The notes under the pieces were generated by a model. It ran no database searches. It worked only from the letters and a program-made list of their open reading frames with translations, and was not told the origin of the DNA. Of a stretch of DNA of 64,000 nt, positions 30,751 through 39,707 are shown one piece after another; position 1 is the first letter of the stretch; each line of letters begins with the position of its first letter. Both the position numbers and the translations under genes were made by a program. Origin of the DNA: Gammaproteobacteria bacterium (lineage in GTDB: Bacteria; Pseudomonadota; Gammaproteobacteria; Eutrophobiales; Eutrophobiaceae); the NCBI GenBank assembly GCA_965221695.1, contig OZ244905.1:2016001-2080000 (forward strand), read 5' to 3'.

Positions 30751-32392
30751 TGCCGGTACGGGAACGTGAAATTGCTCTACTGAGTATAATAACCGGAATG
30801 ATACCTGCCAGTACGATCGCAAGCGCCGGTAACGCCGCTTCCGCCAGTCTTTCTTCATTAGCCAATTCATAGGCGCGAACCGCCAGCGTATTAAAATTGA
30901 ACGGCCGCAGTATCAGCGTTGCCGGCAGTTCCTTCAGGACATCGACAAACACCAGCAGCATGCCAGTGAACAAGCTCCCGCGCAGGATCGGCGCATGCAC
31001 TTGCCGCAATAACCCGAAACCGCTGACACCCAGGCTCCGCCCTGCTTCGTCCATGGACTGTTTGATCCTTTCCAGGCCCGCTTGTGCGGTATTCAGGGAA
31101 AGGGCCATGAAACGCACCAGATAGGCAAACACCAGAGTGGCAATTGTCCCGCTGAACAGCAGGCTATGATCTGTGCCGGTCAGGAAACCTAACCAGTCTC
31201 CCAGGCGGTGGTCCAGCCAGCTCAATGGGATCAGCGCCCCCACCGCAATCACCGCGCCAGGAACAGCGTAACCCATGCCCACCATACGACTGGTCCCGTT
31301 GGTCATATGCCCTGGATGTTCACGCCGGGCATAGGATATTGCCAAGGCCAGAGCAACCGCGAGCAAGGAGGTGATGAGCGCCAGTTCAAGGCTGCTCCGG
31401 ACCAGGGCGAAATAACCGCCTCCCACTGAAGAACGCCAGGTTTGCATTGCCCATAACATCAACTGCGCTACCGGGATGATGAACCCGAACAGAACCGGTG
31501 TCGCGCACAAGCACAGCGCAACCAGCGCGTATCGATTATTCAGGGATGTCTGCGTCATGCGCGTGTAACGGGCGCTGGTATGGTGATAGCGGGACAAACG
31601 TCGCGACCGCTGTTCCAGCACGACCAGACATAACACAAAAAACATCAGCAACGCGGAGAGCTGTGCCGCGGCCAGGCTGCTTCCGAGCCCGAACCAGGTC
31701 TTGAAGATGCCAGTGGTAAACGTTGCCACACCAAAGTACTGCACGGTACCGTAGTCTGCTAGCGTTTCCATCAGTACCAGGGACAACCCCGCGAGGACGG
31801 CCGGCCGTCCCAGCGGCAGCCCCAGCTTGAAGAACGCGCGCGCCGGCCTGACGCCCAAGGTGCGCGCCACCTCTACCACGCAGGCGGATTGCTCCAGAAA
31901 AGCGGCCCGGGCCAGAAGATAGATATACGGGTACAGCGTCAGAGACAGGACCAGCGTCGCGCCTGGCAGAGAACGAATATCGGGAAACCAGTAATCGCCG
32001 TATTGCCATGAGAACTCCGCGCGTAACCAGGACTGTAATGGCCCGGCCACATCCAGCATCCCTGTATAGGTATAGGCGACGATGTACGCGGGCATGGCCA
32101 GCGGCATCAGCAATGCCCATTCCAACTGGCGGCTGCCGGGAAACCTGTACAGGGTTACCAGCCAGGCCGGGATAACACCCAGCGGTAGAGACAGGCAGCC
32201 CACACCGAGCGCCAGCAACAGGGAATTGCTGATGTACTCGGCAAGAACCGTCTCGTGCAGGTGCTGCCATATATCGCCGCTGGACTGGAAAACCGATACC
32301 GCCACTACGACCACCGGCAGCATCAGAACTCCGGATGCCAACAAGGTCAGGACGACCCAGGGAGGATAAAGCCTTAACCTGTCAGCCAGCAT
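30743..32392 (-). CDS. fbpB: Fe(III) ABC transporter permease
   Basis: PLAMPAY, YPYIYLLARAAF, METLADYGTV, KELPATLILRPFNF; duplicated TM domain. Confidence 0.92.
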   Translation of the reverse strand: MLADRLRLYPPWVVLTLLASGVLMLPVVVVAVSVFQSSGDIWQHLHETVLAEYISNSLLLALGVGCLSLPLGVIPAWLVTLYRFPGSRQLEWALLMPLAMPAYIVAYTYTGMLDVAGPLQSWLRAEFSWQYGDYWFPDIRSLPGATLVLSLTLYPYIYLLARAAFLEQSACVVEVARTLGVRPARAFFKLGLPLGRPAVLAGLSLVLMETLADYGTVQYFGVATFTTGIFKTWFGLGSSLAAAQLSALLMFFVLCLVVLEQRSRRLSRYHHTSARYTRMTQTSLNNRYALVALCLCATPVLFGFIIPVAQLMLWAMQTWRSSVGGGYFALVRSSLELALITSLLAVALALAISYARREHPGHMTNGTSRMVGMGYAVPGAVIAVGALIPLSWLDHRLGDWLGFLTGTDHSLLFSGTIATLVFAYLVRFMALSLNTAQAGLERIKQSMDEAGRSLGVSGFGLLRQVHAPILRGSLFTGMLLVFVDVLKELPATLILRPFNFNTLAVRAYELANEERLAEAALPALAIVLAGIIPVIILSRAISRSRTGNA

Positions 32393-32416
32393 AGACGCGC
32401 CGAGCCGGCTTTTCAG

Positions 32417-33436
32417 CTACTTCCAGCCGGCCCGGTCCATCGCGCGCACGGCTTCCTGGTTTTTTTCTCCCAATACCGCCAGGTTCAGGCTGTCCGCTGT
32501 GAATGAACCCCACGACTGCAGGATGCTCCCCCCCGCAACGCCTTCCCTCACCGGAAATTCATGGTTCGTCTTTCCATACCACTCCTGGGCCGGGACGCTG
32601 ACCAGGTATTCAAGCAGGCGGACGGCGTCCTCCTCGTGTCTTGCAGACCTGGTAACCCCGGCGCCACTGACATTGACATGCGCGCCGCGCCCATCCCCCT
32701 GTCCAGTCTGGTTCGGCCAGAACAGCGCAACCTGGTTTGCCGCGGTCACTTCAGCGCCGATATCCGAACTTAGCATTCCTGCCAGATAGTAGGTGTTGAC
32801 CAACGCCAGGTTGCATTGCCCTGCAGCCACCGCCTTGATCTGGTCCCGGTCTCCGCCTTTCGGATCCCTGGCAAAATTGGTTACCAAACCATTGATCCAT
32901 GCCTCCGTCTGCTCTCTCCCGTGGTGGGCAAGCATAGAAGCCACCAGGGACTGGTTGTAGATGTTGGACGAGGAGCGCACACAAAGCTGGTTATGCCAGA
33001 CCGGGTCGGCTAAGGCCTCGTAACTGGAAAGCCGGTCCGGCTTGAGGTTCGAGATGGAATACACTATTACTCGCGCCCTGATTGACAAGCCATACCAGTA
33101 CCCCTGAGGGTCGCGGTAGGTTTCCGGCACAGTCTCATTGAGCGTGACGGATGAGATTGTCTGTAACAGCCCCTGATCTTTCGCCCGAAATAACCGCCCC
33201 GCATCCACGGTCAACAACAGGTCAGCCGGCGATTTTTCACCCTCCAGTTCCAAGCGCTTGATCAACGCATCCGCCTTGCCGGTCACCAGGTTGACCCGAA
33301 TGCCCGTTTGTTTCGTAAATTCATCGAATAACGGTTTGATCAATGCCTCCTTGCGGCCGGAGTAGACATTGACTTCATCTGCCAGCCCTGTTTGTAACGC
33401 CAGGACCAGGGAAAATAAAACGGATATGTATTTCAT
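32417..33436 (-). CDS. fbpA: Fe(III) ABC transporter substrate-binding protein (FbpA/FutA)
   Basis: VYSGR, SPADLLLTVDAGRL, NIYNQSL, NTYY iron-binding Tyr pair. Confidence 0.92.
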   Translation of the reverse strand: MKYISVLFSLVLALQTGLADEVNVYSGRKEALIKPLFDEFTKQTGIRVNLVTGKADALIKRLELEGEKSPADLLLTVDAGRLFRAKDQGLLQTISSVTLNETVPETYRDPQGYWYGLSIRARVIVYSISNLKPDRLSSYEALADPVWHNQLCVRSSSNIYNQSLVASMLAHHGREQTEAWINGLVTNFARDPKGGDRDQIKAVAAGQCNLALVNTYYLAGMLSSDIGAEVTAANQVALFWPNQTGQGDGRGAHVNVSGAGVTRSARHEEDAVRLLEYLVSVPAQEWYGKTNHEFPVREGVAGGSILQSWGSFTADSLNLAVLGEKNQEAVRAMDRAGWK

Positions 33437-33483
33437 ATTGCCCCTTTTTGTATAGGAAACCTCATGATCAGGACGCTGCATAA

Positions 33484-33612
33484 TGCATGTAACTGTTGGA
33501 ACAGGGCAGGGCATTTTCCATACCACTTCCGCAACAGCGGGGGTCCAGTCAGATTCTGTGTCGCTTGAAAGCCTGCCCCCGTGAAAACGGGGGTTTTCAC
33601 GGGAATGGTACA
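33484..33612. repeat. Degenerate dRS3/REP-like cluster upstream of fbpA
   Basis: TGCATGTAACTGT..., CCACTTCCGCAACAGCGGGGGTCCAG, CACGGGAATGG. Confidence 0.7.
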
Positions 33613-33761
33613 GGGCACAGGTCAGTTAGTAAACCTTACACAGCATATAAGGATCGCGCCGGAATATACCAGCGCTTATTCAATCTGATATCGTGTGTCA
33701 GAGATCATCGTTCCCACAACATCTGGAATCGAGCCGGCAATAAATGGGTGTGAAACGCGAG

Positions 33762-36068
33762 TTAAAATGTAACCCGCAACCCCCCTGATAGGGTTCGACC
33801 CTTGTTTGGCCGAGCGCCGTAAGGATGCCGGCCCAGAATAGCTTCCTCACCTGTCACGTTTTCGATTCGACCGAACAAGGTGACTTTGTCATTGAACAGA
33901 TAACGTCCGGCGATATCGACATTCAGCGAGTTGTCGGTGCGTTCAAACTCACCGCAGGCTGCGCGCGCGCATACTTCGTCCACGTAATCGATGCTCAAAT
34001 ACGCGTTCCAGCGCGTTTGTTCGATGCCGGCCGATATACGCAACTGATGTTCCGGAATATAAGGGATCGGGTCGCCCTTGTTCACATCGCCGAAATAATC
34101 CGTGTCCGCGATATCCGAATCAAATTCTGAATCAATGTAAGTATAAACCAGCGAGAGAGGCGCGCTGAATGTCTGTTTTGGGGTCAGGTTCACTTGCAAC
34201 ATCGCTTCCACGCCGGCGACCGTTGCCGCGTCGCCGTTAAAGGCATCGCCCGTCGTGCAGTCAACGCCGGAGGAAGAGGTGCATTCACCAAGAATATTGT
34301 CGTAATCGCTAAGGAACCCGATCACTTCGGCATGGAGGCCGTTGCTGGCATGGCGGAACCCAAGTTCATAATTGATTGCCTTTTCCTCTTTCACGTCCGG
34401 CGAATTACTGGGCGCGGTGAAACCCTTGTGGACGCCCGCCAACAACGACAAATTGTCGCTCATGCGGTACAGAATGCCAAGACCAGGGAGCCAGACCTTG
34501 GTACTGTTGTTGCGGCTGTCCCGGAACTTATTGCGGGCGCCGGCCTGTTCGCCCCGGTCGTTCCAGCGGGTGCGTTTCTGATCGATATCCTCATAACGCA
34601 GACCCGGACTGACCACCCAATTGCCCCACTCGATGTGATCGTAGACATGAATAGAGACCGCCTCAGCCTTCTGCACACGGTTGCCGGCATTGCCGAGCAA
34701 GCCCAGGTCGTCCAGGATCAGCCTGCCGTTTTCCTGGTGATAGCTGCTGTTGCGTTGTAGACGGTCTTCTTCGTCCTCGTGGTAGCGGATTCCGAACTCC
34801 AGGTTATGGCGTGACGCGCCGATATCTCCGTTCCAGTTGAGAACGAACTGCGCGCCGCGGGAATAGTATTCACGGGCGTTGGACCGGAGCTGGATGCTAC
34901 CGGGCGCGGTATCAACCGTTCCATTCAGGATGTCTTGCAGTTCCTGCGGGCTAAGCCCGCCCAGCGAACTTCCCTCATTGATTGCCCGAATGACATTGAA
35001 CCAGCTAGTCCGGCTGAGTTCTTGAGCATTTGCGCTGCCGTCCGCATCCAGTCCCTCCGTTTTGAACCAGTTGCGCTCGTGTTCATTGTTGTATCCCGTC
35101 AGCGCGACATTCAGATTGTCTGTAAGTTCAAGCTTATAGCGCAATATGTACTGGAAGTGCTCGGTGGCAATATTATCAAGTTCTGACACACCGTAACGGC
35201 GGTAGGCATCCTGCTCAAAATCAGCGTCGGTCAATCCCAGGTAGCTCTGCTCCGAATCCTGGTCCGCATATTGAAACTTGAAATCCAGTTGCTGGCGGGA
35301 ATCGGGCGAAGCATAACGCAGTTTCAGTGTATAATCCTCCAGCCTGATTCCGGTGTCGCCGCTGTTATTATCCAGACGCTGGAAACCATCTGCGCCCCAT
35401 TGATGGGTTTCAACCAGGAATCCAAGACCTTTTCCAAGTTCACCCCCGTAATGGGCATGGACGCGGTAGGTCGCATCCTCACCGCCCTCTGCCATGACCA
35501 TTCCTTGCAGCTCTTCAGGAATTGGCGTCGAGATCATATTCAGCGCGCCGCCGATGGTATAAGGTCCCTGGGTAATGGCAGCCGGACCTTTCAACACCTC
35601 GAAGGCATACATGCGGCCTGCGGTAGGAAAGTAATAGGCGGACGGCGCAGAATAAGGAGCCGGAGCAATCAGCACATTGTCTTCGAGGAGAGTAACACGA
35701 CCGCTACGCTCGGTGGCAACGCCGCGGATACTGATATTGGGACGTAGTCCGTAACCGTCTTCCACCTGTATTGACACACCCGGTGTCTCGCGCCCTATAC
35801 GCTGTATATCGGAATAGGAAAATTTCTCCAGTTCCTCCTTGCCGATATAGTGGGCCGACCCGGCGACTCGCCGGGCATCTGTCTGGCTGCCGACAACGGT
35901 CATCTCTTCATCGATATCGTATTGTTCAGCGAGCGCCTGGTAGCAGGAAACAGTCAGCGCCAGTCCCGCGCAAACGACTTTTGCGGTCTGACGTCGAAGC
36001 GTGACATGCAATGTGCTGTTTTGATAACGTTCGCGCCAACAGGATATCATTGAAAAAAATTCTCTCAT
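33762..36068 (-). CDS. TonB-dependent receptor, FecA-like
   Basis: TonB box EEMTVVGS, plug motifs EDGYGLRPNISIRG and APYSAPSAYYFP, EVLKGP, C-terminal F. Confidence 0.92.
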   Translation of the reverse strand: MREFFSMISCWRERYQNSTLHVTLRRQTAKVVCAGLALTVSCYQALAEQYDIDEEMTVVGSQTDARRVAGSAHYIGKEELEKFSYSDIQRIGRETPGVSIQVEDGYGLRPNISIRGVATERSGRVTLLEDNVLIAPAPYSAPSAYYFPTAGRMYAFEVLKGPAAITQGPYTIGGALNMISTPIPEELQGMVMAEGGEDATYRVHAHYGGELGKGLGFLVETHQWGADGFQRLDNNSGDTGIRLEDYTLKLRYASPDSRQQLDFKFQYADQDSEQSYLGLTDADFEQDAYRRYGVSELDNIATEHFQYILRYKLELTDNLNVALTGYNNEHERNWFKTEGLDADGSANAQELSRTSWFNVIRAINEGSSLGGLSPQELQDILNGTVDTAPGSIQLRSNAREYYSRGAQFVLNWNGDIGASRHNLEFGIRYHEDEEDRLQRNSSYHQENGRLILDDLGLLGNAGNRVQKAEAVSIHVYDHIEWGNWVVSPGLRYEDIDQKRTRWNDRGEQAGARNKFRDSRNNSTKVWLPGLGILYRMSDNLSLLAGVHKGFTAPSNSPDVKEEKAINYELGFRHASNGLHAEVIGFLSDYDNILGECTSSSGVDCTTGDAFNGDAATVAGVEAMLQVNLTPKQTFSAPLSLVYTYIDSEFDSDIADTDYFGDVNKGDPIPYIPEHQLRISAGIEQTRWNAYLSIDYVDEVCARAACGEFERTDNSLNVDIAGRYLFNDKVTLFGRIENVTGEEAILGRHPYGARPNKGRTLSGGLRVTF

Positions 36069-36088
36069 AACATCTACCTTGGTATTTT

Positions 36089-36178
36089 AATTAAGCTCTG
36101 AACGTGTCTTTCCAGTACCAGTCAGAGCGATACATGCCTGTGTCATGGAAACCCATCGCTTAATCAGAGGCTCCTTAA
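36089..36178. repeat. GGAACCTCTGA-family element in the 5' leader of the TonB-dependent receptor
   Basis: Reverse strand TAAGGAGCCTCTGATTAAG...GTTCAGAGCTTAA. Confidence 0.7.
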
Positions 36179-36243
36179 TTCAGTCGGCCAGCGACTCCAT
36201 TGTTGTAACCGAAGCAAATTTTAACTAAACACGAGACTTGTTG

Positions 36244-36266
36244 CAAATAATAACCATTCTCATTTG
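36244..36266. promoter_or_regulatory. Putative Fur box upstream of the TonB receptor/fbpABC unit
   Basis: CAAATAATAACCATTCTCATTTG (reverse AAATGAGAATGGTTATT) resembles AATGATAATCATT. Confidence 0.75.
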
Positions 36267-36388
36267 TAATTGCAATAGCGCTAACATATTAACAAAGAAC
36301 GCGGGGCACCAGCGATTATTCTGCGTTGGTTATTCTTAGGATGGTTGCGCTTCGTTGCGAGCGCAAGGTTGGTCGAACCGAAGTGTGG

Positions 36389-36589
36389 CTATTCTACGGT
36401 GGCGGTTCTGAGACAGGAAGAAGCAGCCATGAAAGCCTCTGCCAGACAATCTTGTATACAGTCGTCACAACTCCCGCAGATGCGCTCTGCATCCAGTCTT
36501 TGCCTTAGCTGCCCGGTGGTGCGGGCGCCTTCATCAATGGCCTGCTGGATTTGTCGTTTTGTTACCGCGTTACATACACATACATACAT
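36389..36589 (-). CDS. bfd: Bacterioferritin-associated ferredoxin
   Basis: MYVCVCNAVT..., CGSC [2Fe-2S] motif; next to bfr. Confidence 0.92.
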   Translation of the reverse strand: MYVCVCNAVTKRQIQQAIDEGARTTGQLRQRLDAERICGSCDDCIQDCLAEAFMAASSCLRTATVE

Positions 36590-36637
36590 CTGGTTATGTT
36601 CTCCAACTGAAGATTGGTATGTAACACGAATAATAGG

Positions 36638-36658
36638 ACAAATGAGAATCATTTGCAA
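36638..36658. promoter_or_regulatory. Putative Fur box upstream of bfd
   Basis: CAAATGAGAATCATTTG contains AATGAGAATCATT, 12/13 to the Fur core. Confidence 0.8.
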
Positions 36659-36756
36659 CATATATTTTTTGTTCCCCCTGGACTAAGGCAGGAAGCCTCA
36701 GAAAAAAGGTTGGCGTCTTAGCGTATCGCGCCTCTGACCTGTAGCACCGTTTGACC

Positions 36757-37221
36757 TCACATCTTGGATTGTTGGTAATTCTCAAGACCGACTTTTTCTA
36801 TCAGCCCCAGTTGCGTTTCCAGCCAATCCACATGTTCTTCCTCGTTGTCCAGAATATCCTCCAAGAGTTCGCGGGTAACGAAATCCCGTTCGGATTCGCA
36901 ATGGACTATGGCCTCGCGCAACATCGGGATGGCAAGGTGTTCCTGTTTCAGGTCGCATTCCAGCATGTCCCGGGTGTTCTCGCCTATAAACAGCTTGCCC
37001 AGGTCCTGCAAATTCGGCAGCCCTTCCAGAAACAGAATCCGTTCGATGAGCTTATCGGCATGTTTCATCTCATCCACGGATTCATGGTATTCATGTTCAT
37101 CCAATTCTTTCAGGCCCCAGTCCTTCCACATACGGGCATGCAGGAAGTACTGGTTGATCGCCGTCAATTCGTTCTTGAGTATTTTGTTGAGGTACTCAAT
37201 TATTTTCTTGTCGCCTTGCAT
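36757..37221 (-). CDS. bfr: Bacterioferritin
   Basis: [14 protein letters not shown], heme Met in [16 protein letters not shown]. Confidence 0.97.
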   Translation of the reverse strand: MQGDKKIIEYLNKILKNELTAINQYFLHARMWKDWGLKELDEHEYHESVDEMKHADKLIERILFLEGLPNLQDLGKLFIGENTRDMLECDLKQEHLAIPMLREAIVHCESERDFVTRELLEDILDNEEEHVDWLETQLGLIEKVGLENYQQSKM

Positions 37222-37338
37222 AACTAACCTCTAAAATTAAAATGAAATTAAGGTTTCCATAATTCAGATGTTCTGACGGCTGTCCGAATAACGGAAACCA
37301 ATATGAATCGTAATGCAGCAAAACAGGTGTGTCAAGTA

Positions 37339-37374
37339 TAACTTATTGATATTAAATGAAAATCGTTATTATTT
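37339..37374. promoter_or_regulatory. IHF-consensus site plus Fur-like site between bfr and the 518-aa gene
   Basis: Reverse TATCAATAAGTTA fits WATCAANNNNTTR; followed by AATGAAAATCGTT. Confidence 0.55.
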
Positions 37375-37439
37375 ATACTTGCGAGAACTTATTTGTGATT
37401 GCTTTATATGCATGATCTGCCGACCCTCACCGAAGTAAC

Positions 37440-38996
37440 ATGAATACCGATCCAGCGCGCCCAGAAATCTCCTGGTTTTGTGTCAGGCGCAACGGCGCGG
37501 CAAAACACTACGGTTGGACCGAAAACGTTTCTCCGTACCAACTACTGAAGCAAAGCCGAGCGCGCAAGGGAGATGTCGTCGAAATATGTATCTGCTCTGA
37601 CTTCCGCCCTGTTACACAGGATCGATTTGCGCGGGTTTTTTCTCAGCGCGCGCGCGGTCTGATAGGGATGGAAATTCATTTCCGTGGTGATATAGCTCGA
37701 TTTGCGCCTACTTGGATACTCTCACACAACATTCGTTTCAAGCGTGCGCTGGACGGGTTTCTTGAGAGACGGGGTATCAATGCCAGTGATTTTGCGGCAG
37801 AAGGAAGCCTGCGCGCTTTTTCCGCCCGGCAATTCTTGTTTCCGGCTAACGGGGAGGCGGATGAAATGGAATTATATCGCGGCGCAACTCTGGTAGCGCC
37901 GACGCCGGCGTCAGATGAGAATCGCGCCGCTGACCTTGCCGATGGCATTGGCAAATGGATGATCAGCAACCTGTCTCCCAGCGGCGCGTTGCCCTACAAA
38001 TATTGGCCAAGTCGCGGTGAAGAATCTCCAGCCGACAATGCCATACGCCGGTTTCTGGCGACTCTGTCTCTTTCGCGCCTGGCGCGCTTGCGTGGAAATA
38101 AGGAAATGCTAGATGCTGCCAGCCTTAATCTTCGTTTCAACCTCAAACGTTATTTTCAGGACATCGGCAACGGCCGGGGCGCCATCGTGGAAAATGCCGG
38201 CGCTAAACTTGGCGCCGCGGCTATCGCTGCCTTGGCTATTCTGGAAAACCCGAACCAGGGGCAGCACCTATCAGAGTTGTCAATGCTGGCAGCCGGCATT
38301 AATTCTCTGTTTGATAAGGAACAAGGTTTTCGCACATTCTTTTTTCCCCCGGAGCGGGATGGTGAAAACTGGAACTTTTATTCAGGCGAGGCGCTGTTGT
38401 TCTGGGCTGAGGCAAGACGCAGGAAAACCGACCTCGCCCCGCCTTTGAAACGCTGTGTTGAAGTCTTCTCACGTTGTCGCGACCGTCATTATCGCGACCG
38501 CAATCCAGCCTTCGTGCCTTGGCACACGCAAGCATGTGTGTCGTTTTTCAAGCAAACCGGGCAGCGCGAGTTCGCCGATTTCGTATTTGAAATCAACGAC
38601 TGGTTATTACCGATGCAACAATGGGAGGGATTGGAGCCAGACCTGCGCGGCCGGTTTTACAACCCGCGGCAACCGGAATACGGTCCCCCTCATGCGGCAT
38701 CCACCGGCGCTTACCTGGAGGGTCTGGCAGACGCGCTGGCGCTGGCCCGCGCGCTCGGGGAATCAGCCCGGATAAGCGCCTACGAGCGCGTTATCCGGCG
38801 CGGATTACGATCCTTGCGGCAATTGCAGTTTCGCGACCAGCATGACACGTTTTATATCTCAAAAAAGAAGGCCGTGCTGGGCGCGCTGCGCACTGAAGTT
38901 TACGACAACGCGATACGCGTCGACTCGTCCGCCCATGCGCTGGCGGCTGCGATCAAAATATTGCAGCCTGATAAAATTAAGGAACCTCTGACTTAA
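37440..38996 (+). CDS. Hypothetical protein, probable alpha/alpha-toroid (six-hairpin/LanC-like) enzyme with an N-terminal accessory domain
   Basis: 518-aa ORF; helical repeats with G.LPYKYWP, NFYSGEALL, PWH.QA, GAYLEGLAD, LRQLQF, RVDSSAH; the fold assignment is inferred. Confidence 0.7.
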   Translation: MNTDPARPEISWFCVRRNGAAKHYGWTENVSPYQLLKQSRARKGDVVEICICSDFRPVTQDRFARVFSQRARGLIGMEIHFRGDIARFAPTWILSHNIRFKRALDGFLERRGINASDFAAEGSLRAFSARQFLFPANGEADEMELYRGATLVAPTPASDENRAADLADGIGKWMISNLSPSGALPYKYWPSRGEESPADNAIRRFLATLSLSRLARLRGNKEMLDAASLNLRFNLKRYFQDIGNGRGAIVENAGAKLGAAAIAALAILENPNQGQHLSELSMLAAGINSLFDKEQGFRTFFFPPERDGENWNFYSGEALLFWAEARRRKTDLAPPLKRCVEVFSRCRDRHYRDRNPAFVPWHTQACVSFFKQTGQREFADFVFEINDWLLPMQQWEGLEPDLRGRFYNPRQPEYGPPHAASTGAYLEGLADALALARALGESARISAYERVIRRGLRSLRQLQFRDQHDTFYISKKKAVLGALRTEVYDNAIRVDSSAHALAAAIKILQPDKIKEPLT

Positions 38997-39013
38997 TTTC
39001 AAGGGTTTCTTCA
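38977..39013. repeat. GGAACCTCTGA-family palindrome between convergent genes; contains both stop codons
   Basis: TTAAGGAACCTCTGACTTAATTTCAAGGGTTTCTTCA. Confidence 0.7.
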
Positions 39014-39601
39014 TACATAGTAACCTCGTCCCGGCATAGGCAATATATCGAAGATCAAATGCACCCGCGCTGTGCCGGAAGGGTTCCTGGCCTGGTGCTC
39101 GGACTTGTTGTCGAATACCCACAATTCGCCTTCTTGCATGACGACAGTTTCGTCCGCACAAGTCAGTGGGCTGCCAGCAAGGCTCTGCAATGTCAGATGG
39201 TAGCGGTCTCGCGCCCGATAATATTCTCCCGCGTCCACATGCGGTCGCACCCAGCCTCCCGGTTGCAGCGCAACCAGCGTTGCCCGACCGAGTTCGCCCC
39301 CCTCAAGATCGGCAATCTGCTCGCAGAACGCAAGTGCATTGGAGAACCTTTTAGCCATCTTAGTGGCAATGCTCTCATGGACATCGTTGGCATTGACAGC
39401 GCCGGCAGGCAAGGGTTTTTTTGCCGTCCGTAAAAAGATGTTTTGCGTGTCCCGTTGGCACCGCACTTTACGCTGACGGCTGGTATCAGCCAACCAGGTT
39501 TCCGGGGCAGCGGCCAGTTCCGATAATAGTGGATTTACATCAATGCCTTTGGCAACCAGGGTAAACCTGGATAACGTTTCGCTCCCTGTTAATTCAGGCA
39601 T
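39011..39601 (-). CDS. Aspartyl/asparaginyl beta-hydroxylase domain protein
   Basis: HxD (VRPHVD), RYHL, distal H (EHQARN), RVHLIFD; AGAGGA RBS before ATG 39601; paralogous to 19864-20439. Confidence 0.88.
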   Translation of the reverse strand: MPELTGSETLSRFTLVAKGIDVNPLLSELAAAPETWLADTSRQRKVRCQRDTQNIFLRTAKKPLPAGAVNANDVHESIATKMAKRFSNALAFCEQIADLEGGELGRATLVALQPGGWVRPHVDAGEYYRARDRYHLTLQSLAGSPLTCADETVVMQEGELWVFDNKSEHQARNPSGTARVHLIFDILPMPGRGYYV

Positions 39602-39707
39602 TGCGTGAGGTCCTCTATGCGCTGCGAAGGGCTGGTTCAGCGGCATTTTTTCTTCTGTGTTCAAGCGAAGAATTGAAACCTTTAAATTTTGCGGACGCGT
39701 AAATTTC

